Virus record (IMG/VR): IMGVR_UViG_3300038701_000611
Coordinates: 1 to 43,648 of that record
Reading direction: 5' to 3' (one strand)
Source of the DNA: a virus
Length of the DNA stretch: 43,648 bases
The position numbers and the translations under genes were made by a program. Shown here one piece after another: positions 26,579-34,725 of this stretch (positions are counted from its first letter, which is position 1; each line of letters starts with the position of its first letter). The notes beneath the pieces were generated by a model. That model made no database searches. It saw only the letters and a list, made by a program, of their open reading frames with translations, and was not told the origin of the DNA.

Positions 26579-27275
26579 CATTGTGTTCGGGCCGGGTCGC
26601 TACCCCAGCCCCGTGGGCGTACCACTGCTGCATGTCGCCATGCAGATCAGACTATATCATCACCTCATTGAAGTGAGGGCCTTGCGCTTCCCCCGCGCTT
26701 ACGGGGTACTCCCTTTCGGGATAGTCGTTGCACCTTCCAGATACGCGATAGCTTTGTTGAGGGTCTCGGTGTTGTCTTTCAACAGGCCGAGCGCCCGGTT
26801 GCAGTTGTGACAGAGAAGGCCACGGACGTGCCCGTCCTTGTGGCAATGGTCTACCACCAGCTTGAGCTTGTGGGTTTCCTTCATGACGAAACCTTCGGAG
26901 CCGCAGAGTTTGCAGACGCCGAGCTGGTCCTCGAACATGGTGTCATACTGGTCCGCGCCGATCCCGTAGGTTCGACGCAGATAACGATCCATCTGGCTGC
27001 GGGACGAACAGGCGTCGGAGCAGTGAAGATGGCTCGGTGCTATCGGTGAGAACTCCTCCCCGCAAGACCGACAGGGCTTCGGCTTGAAGCGTTTCTGTGG
27101 GTACTTGTCGGGTGTCGCCGTAAAGGCGTCGGAGGTTGGGTTTGATCTTGCGTACATGGCAGTCCTTTCGGTGGACTACCGCGCATCTGGCTTGGCTCAG
27201 GATTGTCTCGGAGAGAGTTTCCCTGAGTTCACAAGGTTTGCTGCCCAGCATCGCTGCTGGGTGATCCGTGTATTC
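26579..27275 (-). mobile_element. Putative group I intron carrying an HNH homing endonuclease, inserted in DNA polymerase motif B
   Basis: The 5' exon ends in U and the element ends in G. Joining 27276 to 26578 gives the in-frame sequence KTFI-Y-AFLYGAG. A possible P1 forms between ATCU and GGAU with a U.G pair at the splice site. The non-ORF portions total about 240 nt and are rich in GNRA-capped hairpins. Confidence 0.6.
26699..27157 (-). CDS. HNH / Endonuclease VII-family homing endonuclease
   Basis: 152 aa containing YGIGADQYDTMFEDQLGVCKLCG...LVVDHCHKDGHVRGLLCHNCNRALGLL, the Endonuclease_7 signature. Its RBS AAAGGA lies within a hairpin. Confidence 0.85.
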   Translation of the reverse strand: MYARSNPTSDAFTATPDKYPQKRFKPKPCRSCGEEFSPIAPSHLHCSDACSSRSQMDRYLRRTYGIGADQYDTMFEDQLGVCKLCGSEGFVMKETHKLKLVVDHCHKDGHVRGLLCHNCNRALGLLKDNTETLNKAIAYLEGATTIPKGSTP

Positions 27276-28773
27276 AGATAAAGGTCTTGGCGTTCGATCT
27301 GGTTGGCAGACCGGCAGCCTTCTGGTTCATCGTGTGGATGTCAGTGCCATCCTCCTTCTTGCCTGAGAGGACGAACTGAGCGTACCTCCCGCCGTCCTTG
27401 ATGAAGTGCGCTAGGCACCGCAGCTCTAGTCCAGCGGCATCGCACCCTAGGAGGACGTGGCCGTCATCAGGCAGGAAGAGCGACCGGCAGGCTGCCCCGT
27501 ATGGAACAACCCCCTTGGCGTTCTCGACGGAGGGGACTTGGGCGACGTTCGGGTGCGAGTGGGTGCAGCGGCCTGTGACCGCCCCGAGCGTGTTGATCCG
27601 CCCATGGATGCGGCCCTCCCTCACTTGTTTCAGCCAAGCCTGCTTCCCGTCCGCCAGCTGTCCGAGACGCTTGTCGAGCATGAAGTATTCAGCAAGCGCC
27701 TGTGCCGGTGGATAGGAGAGGTTCGACAGGACTTCATCGTCGATCTTCGGCTCGCCAGAGGCTGTGAACTCTTCCGGCTCCCAGCCGTAGAGCTTCTTAA
27801 GGCGGTCGGCGATGTGATGGCGCGAGCCGGGGTTGAAAACCCGAAGCTCCACCTTCTGGTAGGCGCAGCCTTCCTCGGTGTACTCCCAGTACCCCCGTTG
27901 CTCGACTTCGACCTTCACCTGTCGAGTGACCGTGCGGCCAGTCTTGAAGGTGTGCTGATAGGTATCGCCGGTCGGCTTCTTTACAACGCGGGTGACGCCT
28001 CCCCAAGGAGCCTCCACGAATTTCTTCATGGATTTCTTCGGGGTCTGCGCCTGTGTTCCGACCCACCAAGGATCGAACAGCTTGTAGAGCTTGCTCTCAG
28101 CCTCCGACTTGCGGATGCGGAGTTCACCCTCCAGCTTCTCAGCGGCCTTCACATCGAAGCGGAAGCCGTGCTGCTCTTGAAGGAAGCAGAGGTGAGCGAA
28201 GCGCATCTCAATGTCGATGGCCTTCTGCCATTCACTGAGGTCGTGCTTCTCGGTGAGCATGTCGTAGAGGCGTTGGTTCACCTCCACGTCCTTGATGCAG
28301 TAGTCGTGCATCTCTTGGGTCCACCGGGACCAGTCAGCCGTATCGCCGAAGGCATCCTTGTGGAAGCCCAGACGATAGCCCCACGCCTTGAGGGAGTGGA
28401 GGCCGATCAGGTTGCCGGGGAGACGGGGCTCGAGGCCACGCTTGATGGCAGCCTCTCGTGCCCTGAAGTCCTTGTCCTTGATATCTGCGAAGAGCAGGCG
28501 GGTGAGGATCAGGGTGTCGGTGACCTTGCCCTTGGCCCACCATCCCGGATGAACCTTGCGGATCGCCGGGAGGTCGAAGCCGAGAACATTGTGACCGATG
28601 ACCTCGTCAGCCTCGCGGAGCATGTCCAGACCCTCTTGGATCGGGCGATGCCCCGGTTGGTCTGCGAAGTCGAACACGTCACCATTGTCAGCGTCGATCA
28701 TGACGAGGCAGTGGATGCGGTCCAGCTCGTCGAGGAGGCCATTGCTTTCCAGATCAAACAGATAACGGGCCAT
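27276..28773 (-). CDS. DNA polymerase (family A, T7 gp5-like), exon 1 / N-terminal segment
   Basis: From the ATG at 28773 it reads MARYLFDLESNGLLDELDRIHCLVMID (exonuclease motif I, as in T7 MIVSDIEANALL). It ends in ...PTRSNAKTFI, within motif B, immediately before an in-frame TGA. Confidence 0.85.
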
Positions 28774-29348
28774 CAAACTTCTCCATAAACGCGCTGGGCG
28801 ACCAACGTGTCGATCCGGCTGCAGAGCCATTGAAGACCCTGAGCATCAGATCGCTTGTCGATTGCGTGAGCGATGTAGTCGAGATAGACATCCCGGCCCT
28901 CGAAGTGACCGAGGAGCCTGCGGATGCGGCGGACGCGGGAGGACTGCTTTGCGCGGCGCTCTTGCGCGGCTGCGTAGGCCTTGTCAGGGTTAGCCTCCCG
29001 CCACCGGCGCATATTCTCGCGGCACCGCTCGGGGTTAGCCTCCCGCCACTTCCGGCACTTCTCGCGGTCTTTCTCCACGTTAGCCTCGCGCCACTTCCGG
29101 CAATTCTCGCGGTGCCGCTCGGGGTTAGCCTCCCGCCACTTCCGGCACTTCTCGCGGTGCCGCTCGGGGTTAGCCTCGCGCCACTTCCGGCTCTTCTCGC
29201 GGGTACACTCCTTACAGCAAGAGCGGAGGCCGTCCTTCGTAGATCGGTCCTTGTTGAACTCCTCAAAAGGTTTCGTTTCCCCGCACTTCGTGCAGGTCTT
29301 CTGATCAAAAGCCATAGGCCTCGGCTTCGTCTCTTGCATTGTCATCAT
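28773..29348 (-). CDS. Zinc-ribbon protein with five 15-aa tandem repeats; possible degenerate homing-endonuclease relative
   Basis: The sequence CTKCGETKPFEEFNKDRSTKDGLRSCCKEC is followed by five copies of RKWREANPERHRE.C. No nuclease motif was seen. The start is uncertain among 29348, 29345 and 29315. It overlaps the primase 3' end. Confidence 0.55.
   Translation of the reverse strand: MMTMQETKPRPMAFDQKTCTKCGETKPFEEFNKDRSTKDGLRSCCKECTREKSRKWREANPERHREKCRKWREANPERHRENCRKWREANVEKDREKCRKWREANPERCRENMRRWREANPDKAYAAAQERRAKQSSRVRRIRRLLGHFEGRDVYLDYIAHAIDKRSDAQGLQWLCSRIDTLVAQRVYGEV
28989..29213. repeat. Five tandem 45-bp repeats inside a coding sequence
   Basis: GTTAGCCTC recurs at 28989, 29034, 29079, 29124 and 29169, an exact 45-bp period. 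Each unit encodes the 15-aa repeat RKWREANPE.... Confidence 0.85.
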
Positions 29349-30951
29349 TGTCCCCTTTCTGAGGAGGCGGGTCGCACTCCTCCATGCGTGTTGTCTCGGC
29401 GTCGTATCGAAGCCAGAACGTCTCGCCTGCGGACTGCCCGGTGAGGCGGTCCTTGAGGATGCGGAAGGTTGAAATGGAGCGGACCCGGAGGTCCTCAGCC
29501 TGCGTGTCTCTCTCGAGACCCCACATGAAGTCGGCGTAGCGCATCACGGCACGGGAGCCGGTGAATTGCTTTGCCTCCACACGGCCACCCTCTTCGTGAG
29601 GGGTGCGCTCCGGTGTCGAGAGGTGGGACAGGGTATGGACGACGATGTTCAGGCCGGTCGCCAAGGACTTCATGTCCTTTAGCAACCCATCGAGGAACCG
29701 GCGTTCGTCATCGGCGTTTGCCGCGAGGACCGTGAGGTTGTCCACGTAGACTTCCTGAACACCGTAGGCCTTCACGAGCCACCGGATGTGCCGCTCGATC
29801 TCCTTCCACTCAGAGGAACCCGAGTGGTCGTAGACGAAGAAGCTGTCCTCATAAGGCTCGATGACCCCACGAAGCTCTTCCTCAGTGTAGTCACAGTCCG
29901 GCTTGAAGAACGGCTTGTGGGCCAGCTTCGCGGCTGTCCTCTGGACGGTCTCTACCGGGTTCTGTTCGAGGTGGAAGGCAGCGACCTTCCGGCCCTCTTT
30001 GAGGGAGTGAGCCTGCAGCTCGGTGAAGACATCAGTCTTACCGATGCCCACCCCCGCGCCGCCGATCCAAAGCTGTCCCGGCTTGGGGCCATAGGACAGC
30101 TGGTAGAGGCGAGGAAATGGGAGGGCGGCACCGTACTCGACGGGCTTCACCGCCTCGCTGACCAGATCGGAAAGCGAGCGGATGGCGTCAGGCCGGTAGG
30201 GCTTGGCGTCCCAGATCGCGCGGGTGATTACATCCACGCGTCCTTCGGTCAGCAGTTGGTTTGGATCGGAGCCGTCCGGCAGCGAGGCTATCTTCGCTTT
30301 GCCGGGGGACAGCAGAGCTGCTGCTGCCAGCGCACCCTCACGTCCCGGCGCATCAGCGTCGTACATGAAGATGACTTCGTCGTAGGTCTCGAGCCAATCG
30401 AGGGCCTTTGCGATGGTCTTATCATCGCTCGCCCCGTTCACGACGGAGACTACAGGCCACTTTAAGTCTTGAGCTTGGGCGACTGACATGGCGTCAATCT
30501 CGCCTTCGGTCACGACGACCTTGCGGCCACCGGAACCCCAGACGTTCTGCCCGAAGAGCTGGCGGACGACCTTAGGCTCACCCACGAACTTGAACTCCTT
30601 GCCGGGGAGGCGGAGCTTCTGGGCCACGACGTTGCCGTCCTTGTCGCAGTAGGGAGCGATGTGGCAGGGGGTGCCGTTGAACTCCCCGAGGCGGTAGCCG
30701 AACTTCTTGAGGGTCTCGGCCCTAAGGCCCCGGCTTCCGAGGTCTTGGTAGGAGCCGCCTCGGACCAGCCCTGAGCGGCTGCTCTCTTCCATTGGTCTCT
30801 CCTGAAACGAAGAAGCCCCCGCCGATCCGGCAGGGGCCTCGTAATGTCGGCAGCCAAAGCAGAAGCCATGGCCATCGCTGTATCGGGCTAGGTTGTCCCT
30901 CGACCCGCACTCTGGGCAGGCCTCGTGGCCCACCAGAACGCTGTCATCCAT
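29305..30951 (-). CDS. Primase-helicase (T7 gp4-like)
   Basis: 548 aa. It has an N-terminal zinc finger (CPECGSRDNL...CFGC), a TOPRIM-like region (VVVTEGEIDAMS) and a DnaB-type Walker A (GGAGVGIGKT). Confidence 0.9.
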   Translation of the reverse strand: MDDSVLVGHEACPECGSRDNLARYSDGHGFCFGCRHYEAPAGSAGASSFQERPMEESSRSGLVRGGSYQDLGSRGLRAETLKKFGYRLGEFNGTPCHIAPYCDKDGNVVAQKLRLPGKEFKFVGEPKVVRQLFGQNVWGSGGRKVVVTEGEIDAMSVAQAQDLKWPVVSVVNGASDDKTIAKALDWLETYDEVIFMYDADAPGREGALAAAALLSPGKAKIASLPDGSDPNQLLTEGRVDVITRAIWDAKPYRPDAIRSLSDLVSEAVKPVEYGAALPFPRLYQLSYGPKPGQLWIGGAGVGIGKTDVFTELQAHSLKEGRKVAAFHLEQNPVETVQRTAAKLAHKPFFKPDCDYTEEELRGVIEPYEDSFFVYDHSGSSEWKEIERHIRWLVKAYGVQEVYVDNLTVLAANADDERRFLDGLLKDMKSLATGLNIVVHTLSHLSTPERTPHEEGGRVEAKQFTGSRAVMRYADFMWGLERDTQAEDLRVRSISTFRILKDRLTGQSAGETFWLRYDAETTRMEECDPPPQKGDNDDNARDEAEAYGF

Positions 30952-30954
30952 GGC

Positions 30955-31218
30955 TTACTCGCCGAGGAGACGTGCAGCGCCGACTGCGATCAGGTTGGCT
31001 TCGTCTTGATCAGCGTCGAGGCGCTCGATCTCAGCTTCGAGGTCAGCCACCTTGTTCTCAAGGCGGTTCGCACGCTCGTTGCTGCGCTGGGCAATCAGGA
31101 GGGCGCGGTTGCGAAGTGCGTTCGCATCGTTGCGGAGGTCTTGAAGGGAGCCAGCGCGGGCGAGGATCGCCGAACGAACGATTGCGAACTGGGCTTGGAT
31201 CATGTCGATGATGTTCAT
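30955..31218 (-). CDS. Hypothetical coiled-coil protein
   Basis: From the ATG at 31218 the product is 87 aa (MNIIDMIQAQ...LENKVADLEAEIERLD). It lies just upstream of the primase gene. Confidence 0.5.
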   Translation of the reverse strand: MNIIDMIQAQFAIVRSAILARAGSLQDLRNDANALRNRALLIAQRSNERANRLENKVADLEAEIERLDADQDEANLIAVGAARLLGE

Positions 31219-31254
31219 GGTCAGGTCTTTCGTCTGAGGCGTGTGGGTGTTCCC

Positions 31255-31284
31255 ATTGTAGAACAAAATGAGAACAGATGTAAA
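31255..31284 (-). promoter_or_regulatory. Sigma70-like promoter candidate in a local AT-rich island
   Basis: The minus strand reads TTTACA, then 18 nt, then TACAAT (the -35 at 31284-31279 and the -10 at 31260-31255). It is preceded by GC-rich hairpins after the wHTH gene. Confidence 0.35.
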
Positions 31285-31365
31285 CGTGATGGTTTGTTAC
31301 CGGCGTTCAGTGAGCCGGTGAACCTGCTGACCCCCCACTACGGGGAGGCGCTCCCCAGAATGGGG

Positions 31366-31713
31366 TTACAGATGCGTTAGGTTTGTCTTGGAGTAGTCAG
31401 CAATAAGCTGGACGACCTGATCGAGGAGGCTATTGGCCTTCTCAAGGTCAGCCATGCGGAAGCCCTCAGGCTCCCTCACGAAGACACCTCGATCTGCGAG
31501 GCTGTTCGCTCTGCGTCTGGCAGTCTCCAAAGGGAGACCGACTGTACGAGCTATGGACGCTGAGTTCATCAGCACCGCGCCGCCTGTAGAAAGCTCGCAG
31601 GCGTGGACGGCGAGGATGATCGAGCGATCCAAAGCACCCACGCGCCACAGCTCCTCTCCGAGGTCGGAGATGTTCTGAAACAGTCTGAGGAGTGCAGCGC
31701 GCTGGATGTCCAT
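31366..31713 (-). CDS. Winged-helix DNA-binding protein
   Basis: 115 aa. The segment MNSASIARTVGLPLETARRRANSLADRGVFVRE resembles an HTH recognition helix plus wing. Confidence 0.45.
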   Translation of the reverse strand: MDIQRAALLRLFQNISDLGEELWRVGALDRSIILAVHACELSTGGAVLMNSASIARTVGLPLETARRRANSLADRGVFVREPEGFRMADLEKANSLLDQVVQLIADYSKTNLTHL

Positions 31714-31732
31714 GAGGCCTATTTAGCGGCCA

Positions 31733-32128
31733 TCAGGGGTTTGAAAAGAGGGTTGCCGCATCGAAGTGCGGACATTCTTTCAGGTCCGTGAAGTCGCGGT
31801 GGCCTGCCACGTAGGCCGTAGGATATGCATTCCGCAGGCGCTGGGTCAGGCCCTTGGCTGCACACAGCTGCTCCCAAGTGTAGTCGAAGCCGTTGCCGCC
31901 GCCGATCAGGCAGATGCCGATGCTGTAGTCGTTGTGGCCCTTGACGTGGGCTCCCGGCTGCTGAAGCCAGCGACCGACTTCCACCGTGCCATCACGGCGG
32001 ATGACGTAGTGGTAGCCGATGCCAGACCAGCCGCGTTCCTTGTGCCACTGGTCGATCTCAGCGGCCCCGATGTCCATGGACGCTGGGGTGGCCGAGCAGT
32101 GGAAGATGATGGTGTCGATGGGTCTCAT
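31733..32128 (-). CDS. N-acetylmuramoyl-L-alanine amidase (T7 gp3.5 lysozyme-like)
   Basis: The ATG at 32128 has an ATGA overlap with the upstream gene. The sequence IIFHCSATP...WHKERGWSGIGYHYVIRRDGTVE.GR....GAHVKGHN..SIGICLIGG...HRDF...CPHFD matches the T7 lysozyme / PGRP amidase pattern. Confidence 0.85.
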   Translation of the reverse strand: MRPIDTIIFHCSATPASMDIGAAEIDQWHKERGWSGIGYHYVIRRDGTVEVGRWLQQPGAHVKGHNDYSIGICLIGGGNGFDYTWEQLCAAKGLTQRLRNAYPTAYVAGHRDFTDLKECPHFDAATLFSNP

Positions 32129-32373
32129 GCGATGGCCTCTATGTCCTCTGCGATGCGGGTATCCTTGAGGACGAACGGGTGTCCCGCAGCGCGGCATAGG
32201 TTGATGTTACGCACCAGCTTTCCTTCAGGAGATATTTCAACGACGAACATCCAGTCTCCGTCGTCGTCGAGCCAGCGGAGTTCGATTTCCCCAAGGCGAC
32301 CCTTGGTCAGCTTGAAGCGGTTGAGGTCCATCGCGGGCGCGGCGGGGTCGGGTTTGCTGTTTTCAAAGCTCAT
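32125..32373 (-). CDS. Hypothetical protein
   Basis: 82-aa ORF tightly coupled to both neighbouring genes. No family was recognised. Confidence 0.5.
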   Translation of the reverse strand: MSFENSKPDPAAPAMDLNRFKLTKGRLGEIELRWLDDDGDWMFVVEISPEGKLVRNINLCRAAGHPFVLKDTRIAEDIEAIA

Positions 32374-32375
32374 GG

Positions 32376-32585
32376 CTACTTCCGGTTATATGCTAGAGAG
32401 ACTGCAACGGCTGGAGTGACCGCGAGGGCCACGCCGAGCAGCCACAGGCCGACGATCACGAAGATCGGGGTGAAGACGATCAGCCACGTTAGGGTGATGC
32501 CGCCGATCAGGGTGAGGCCCGCAAGCTTCCATCCGAGCAGGAAGAAGAAACTCAGCCAGAGGCAGAAGTAGAGTGCGCTAGTCAT
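32376..32585 (-). CDS. Small multi-pass membrane protein
   Basis: The ATG at 32585 has an ATGA overlap with the endonuclease I stop. The 69-aa product is almost entirely hydrophobic (LYFCLWLSFFFLLGW, LTLIGGITLTWLIVFTPIFVIVGLWLLGVALAV). Confidence 0.5.
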   Translation of the reverse strand: MTSALYFCLWLSFFFLLGWKLAGLTLIGGITLTWLIVFTPIFVIVGLWLLGVALAVTPAVAVSLAYNRK

Positions 32586-33040
32586 AGCGGGAAATCCTTT
32601 CCTTGCTCTTCGAAGAGCTGGAGGACCTTCGCGAGGGAGGTCGTGTTGATCTCCTCGTCGATCCAACGCTGCGGCACCACGGCATCAGCGAACTGAAAGC
32701 CTTTGGTGTTGCACCACTTGGCGTAGGTGGTCTTCGAGGTCTTTGAGATACGGGAGGCTGACCGGGAGAAGACGAAGCGGATGTCCAGCTCTGGATACTG
32801 CTTCTTGATGTAGAGGTGCTTCTGCCGGTCGGCGGTGACGAAGCGGCCTTTCGTCTCGATGACGATGCCGTTCGGGAGGACGAAGTCGGGGGTGTACTTG
32901 CAGTTCTTCTCCAGTTTCCACGGGATGAAGAACTCTTCGTAGATGACAGGAAGGCCCGAGGCCCGAAGCTGGTTCTGAATGTCAGCTTCGAGGCCCGAGC
33001 GGTAGCCGTGCACAATCCCCATCTGCTGGGAATTGGCCAT
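32582..33040 (-). CDS. Endonuclease I / Holliday junction resolvase (T7 gp3-like)
   Basis: From the ATG at 33040 it reads YRSGLEADIQNQL...YTPDFVLPNGIVIETKG....DRQKHLYIKKQYPELDIRFVFS, closely paralleling T7 gp3. Confidence 0.85.
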   Translation of the reverse strand: MANSQQMGIVHGYRSGLEADIQNQLRASGLPVIYEEFFIPWKLEKNCKYTPDFVLPNGIVIETKGRFVTADRQKHLYIKKQYPELDIRFVFSRSASRISKTSKTTYAKWCNTKGFQFADAVVPQRWIDEEINTTSLAKVLQLFEEQGKDFPL

Positions 33041-33041
33041 G

Positions 33042-33680
33042 CTAGAAGTCGTAGTCTTCGCCGGTCTCGCCATCTTCCGATGCCGGTGCCTCAGGGGCAG
33101 TGGTCGGCTCGTCGTCTTCAGAGGCCACGAAGCCACCTTCGACCGCACCGAAGCCGAAGCCGGATGCGTCACGACCGCCAGCGCTGCCCAGCTTGATGAC
33201 CTGACAGGCCTCAAGACGCAGGGAGACGCCGCAGGTCACGATGGGCTTGCCCTTCTCCTTGCCAGCCATGGCGTAGGGGGTCGGATCAACGGCGAGGATG
33301 ACTTCAGAGCCACCAGTGACCTTCACGTTGGTCGGGTTGCCCTCGCTGTCGAAGATCGGGAGCTTGCGGCTCCACGGCTTGCCCTTCTTCGAGACGCCGG
33401 AGGCCTTCATCTTCGCAGAGAGGACCCAGTTGCCGGTCTCGTTGCCGTCTTCGTCGTACTCGGGGTTCAGGGGGTGGTCGTTCAGGCGAGGGGCCTTGCC
33501 TTTCGACTTCTCTTCCTGCTCGGCCACGATCTGGTCGCGCAGTTTGTCGAAGCGGGCGGAGAGGCGTTCGCCGTCTTCAGCCGACAGGATCAGCTTGGTG
33601 TTGTAAACGCCTGCGGCATCGAACTTGGTGTCCGGCTCGTTCAGGCGCGGGAAGGAGGCAGTGCCTTTGATGTGCAGCAT
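33042..33680 (-). CDS. ssDNA-binding protein (T7 gp2.5-like)
   Basis: From the ATG at 33680 the product is 212 aa, with an acidic C-terminal tail ending ...EDGETGEDYDF (the terminal aromatic residue as in gp2.5). Its position before endonuclease I also fits. Confidence 0.7.
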   Translation of the reverse strand: MLHIKGTASFPRLNEPDTKFDAAGVYNTKLILSAEDGERLSARFDKLRDQIVAEQEEKSKGKAPRLNDHPLNPEYDEDGNETGNWVLSAKMKASGVSKKGKPWSRKLPIFDSEGNPTNVKVTGGSEVILAVDPTPYAMAGKEKGKPIVTCGVSLRLEACQVIKLGSAGGRDASGFGFGAVEGGFVASEDDEPTTAPEAPASEDGETGEDYDF

Positions 33681-33699
33681 GTCGTGTCTTTCGTGTGGG

Positions 33700-33834
33700 C
33701 TACTGAGCGTAGCGGGCTTCAAGTTGGGGGATGTCGTAGCCTTCAGCGTCGAGGCGCGAGAGCAGATCGACAGGCAGGGTGACACCAGCGGCCAGCATGA
33801 AGCGGGCACGCCAGTAGGAGCGTGTGTGTGGCAT
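33700..33834 (-). CDS. Possible 44-aa ORF (below the ORF-track cutoff)
   Basis: Hand translation gives MPHTRSYWRARFMLAAGVTLPVDLLSRLDAEGYDIPQLEARYAQ. It fills the gap between two genes and has a weak RBS (AAGG). Confidence 0.3.
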   Translation of the reverse strand: MPHTRSYWRARFMLAAGVTLPVDLLSRLDAEGYDIPQLEARYAQ

Positions 33835-33871
33835 GGATTACCTTGGTCAGGAGGGTGTGGAGGGGAGACGC

Positions 33872-34135
33872 CTAGCCGGGGACCTCTTCCTTCATGAAGG
33901 ACAGAAGGGCTTGGACGTAGTTGTCGTCCTCAAGGCCAGTGGTCTTCAGCATGTTGTCGGCGGCTGTCATGATGTCGCCGGGGGAGAGGTTCTTGGCCTC
34001 GCAGAGGGCCTTCAGGGTCAACCCGAGGCCAGCGGCGAGGTACTCAAGAGGCTCGTCCTGAGCAACGTCGATCATGGCAAACGCGATGCGAGAGGCCCGG
34101 TGTCTGCGGACCATGCCAATGTCGAGGTGCTTCAT
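33872..34135 (-). CDS. Hypothetical protein
   Basis: 87-aa ORF with a TAATG overlap to the upstream gene. Confidence 0.5.
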   Translation of the reverse strand: MKHLDIGMVRRHRASRIAFAMIDVAQDEPLEYLAAGLGLTLKALCEAKNLSPGDIMTAADNMLKTTGLEDDNYVQALLSFMKEEVPG

Positions 34136-34371
34136 TATCGGGCACCCAGTGCCGTGCGGACAGCACCCTCAGAGGCGTCAACGATCTCACCGATCTGGGA
34201 GTAGCTCATGCCCATGGCGCGGAGAGCGCGGGCAGCAATGATCTGCTCATTGGAGAGGCGGCGAGGACGGCCACGGGTAACGACCACCTGCAGTGCAGGC
34301 TGGCCGTCATCCCCGAGGACTGCTTCGTAGGTCTTGCCGATCTCCAAAGCGTTCAGGGAGGTCACCTTCAT
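34135..34371 (-). CDS. Small HTH DNA-binding protein
   Basis: 78 aa. The C-terminal segment LSNEQIIAARALRAMGMSYSQIGEIVDASEGAVRTAL resembles a sigma70 region 4 / LuxR-type HTH. Confidence 0.5.
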   Translation of the reverse strand: MKVTSLNALEIGKTYEAVLGDDGQPALQVVVTRGRPRRLSNEQIIAARALRAMGMSYSQIGEIVDASEGAVRTALGAR

Positions 34372-34616
34372 TCGGCGTCTCCCTCAGCCTCAGCAGCAGC
34401 CTCAGTCTCAGCCTTGGCAGCAGCCTTGGCTGCGGCCTTCTCTTCGGCCTCGACCTTCTTGGCGAAGGTGTCGATCTGTTTGGAGAGGTCACGAAGACCT
34501 GAGGCACTGATGCCGAAGCCATCAGACACAGTCACGTTGAAGCGACGGACTGGATCAGGATTAGTAGAGCGGATGGTCAGATAGGCTCGACCACCGGGAG
34601 CAGTGAAGTTGAACAT
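34368..34616 (-). CDS. Hypothetical protein with an Ala/Glu/Lys-rich tail
   Basis: The ATG at 34616 follows AAGGG. The product is 82 aa. It is the first gene downstream of the candidate promoter at 34694-34713. Confidence 0.5.
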   Translation of the reverse strand: MFNFTAPGGRAYLTIRSTNPDPVRRFNVTVSDGFGISASGLRDLSKQIDTFAKKVEAEEKAAAKAAAKAETEAAAEAEGDAE

Positions 34617-34693
34617 GGGAATACCCTTGGTTACCAAAAGGAAAAGACCCGTTCCCATGAGAACCTAAAGAGGAACTCGGGGAACAGGTCTTC

Positions 34694-34713
34694 CGATAAC
34701 GCCGGGTTTTAGA
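34694..34713 (-). promoter_or_regulatory. Candidate phage RNA polymerase promoter immediately after the polymerase gene
   Basis: CGATAACGCCGGGTTTTAGA matches the other two copies at 19 of 20 positions. It begins 13 nt after the RNA polymerase stop, comparable to the T7 phi1.1 promoters. Confidence 0.5.
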
Positions 34714-34725
34714 CGGGGAGACGTG

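Noticed and set aside
27457-28788. Long plus-strand ORFs, such as 443 aa at 27457-28788, 319 aa at 18222-19181, 273 aa at 40569-41390 and 263 aa at 35632-36423
   Set aside because: They lie antisense to minus-strand genes with clear homology. Their products are low-complexity (Arg, Gly, Leu, Val and Ala rich) and lack RBS context. They are typical shadow ORFs of GC-rich DNA. No plus-strand gene is supported anywhere in the window.
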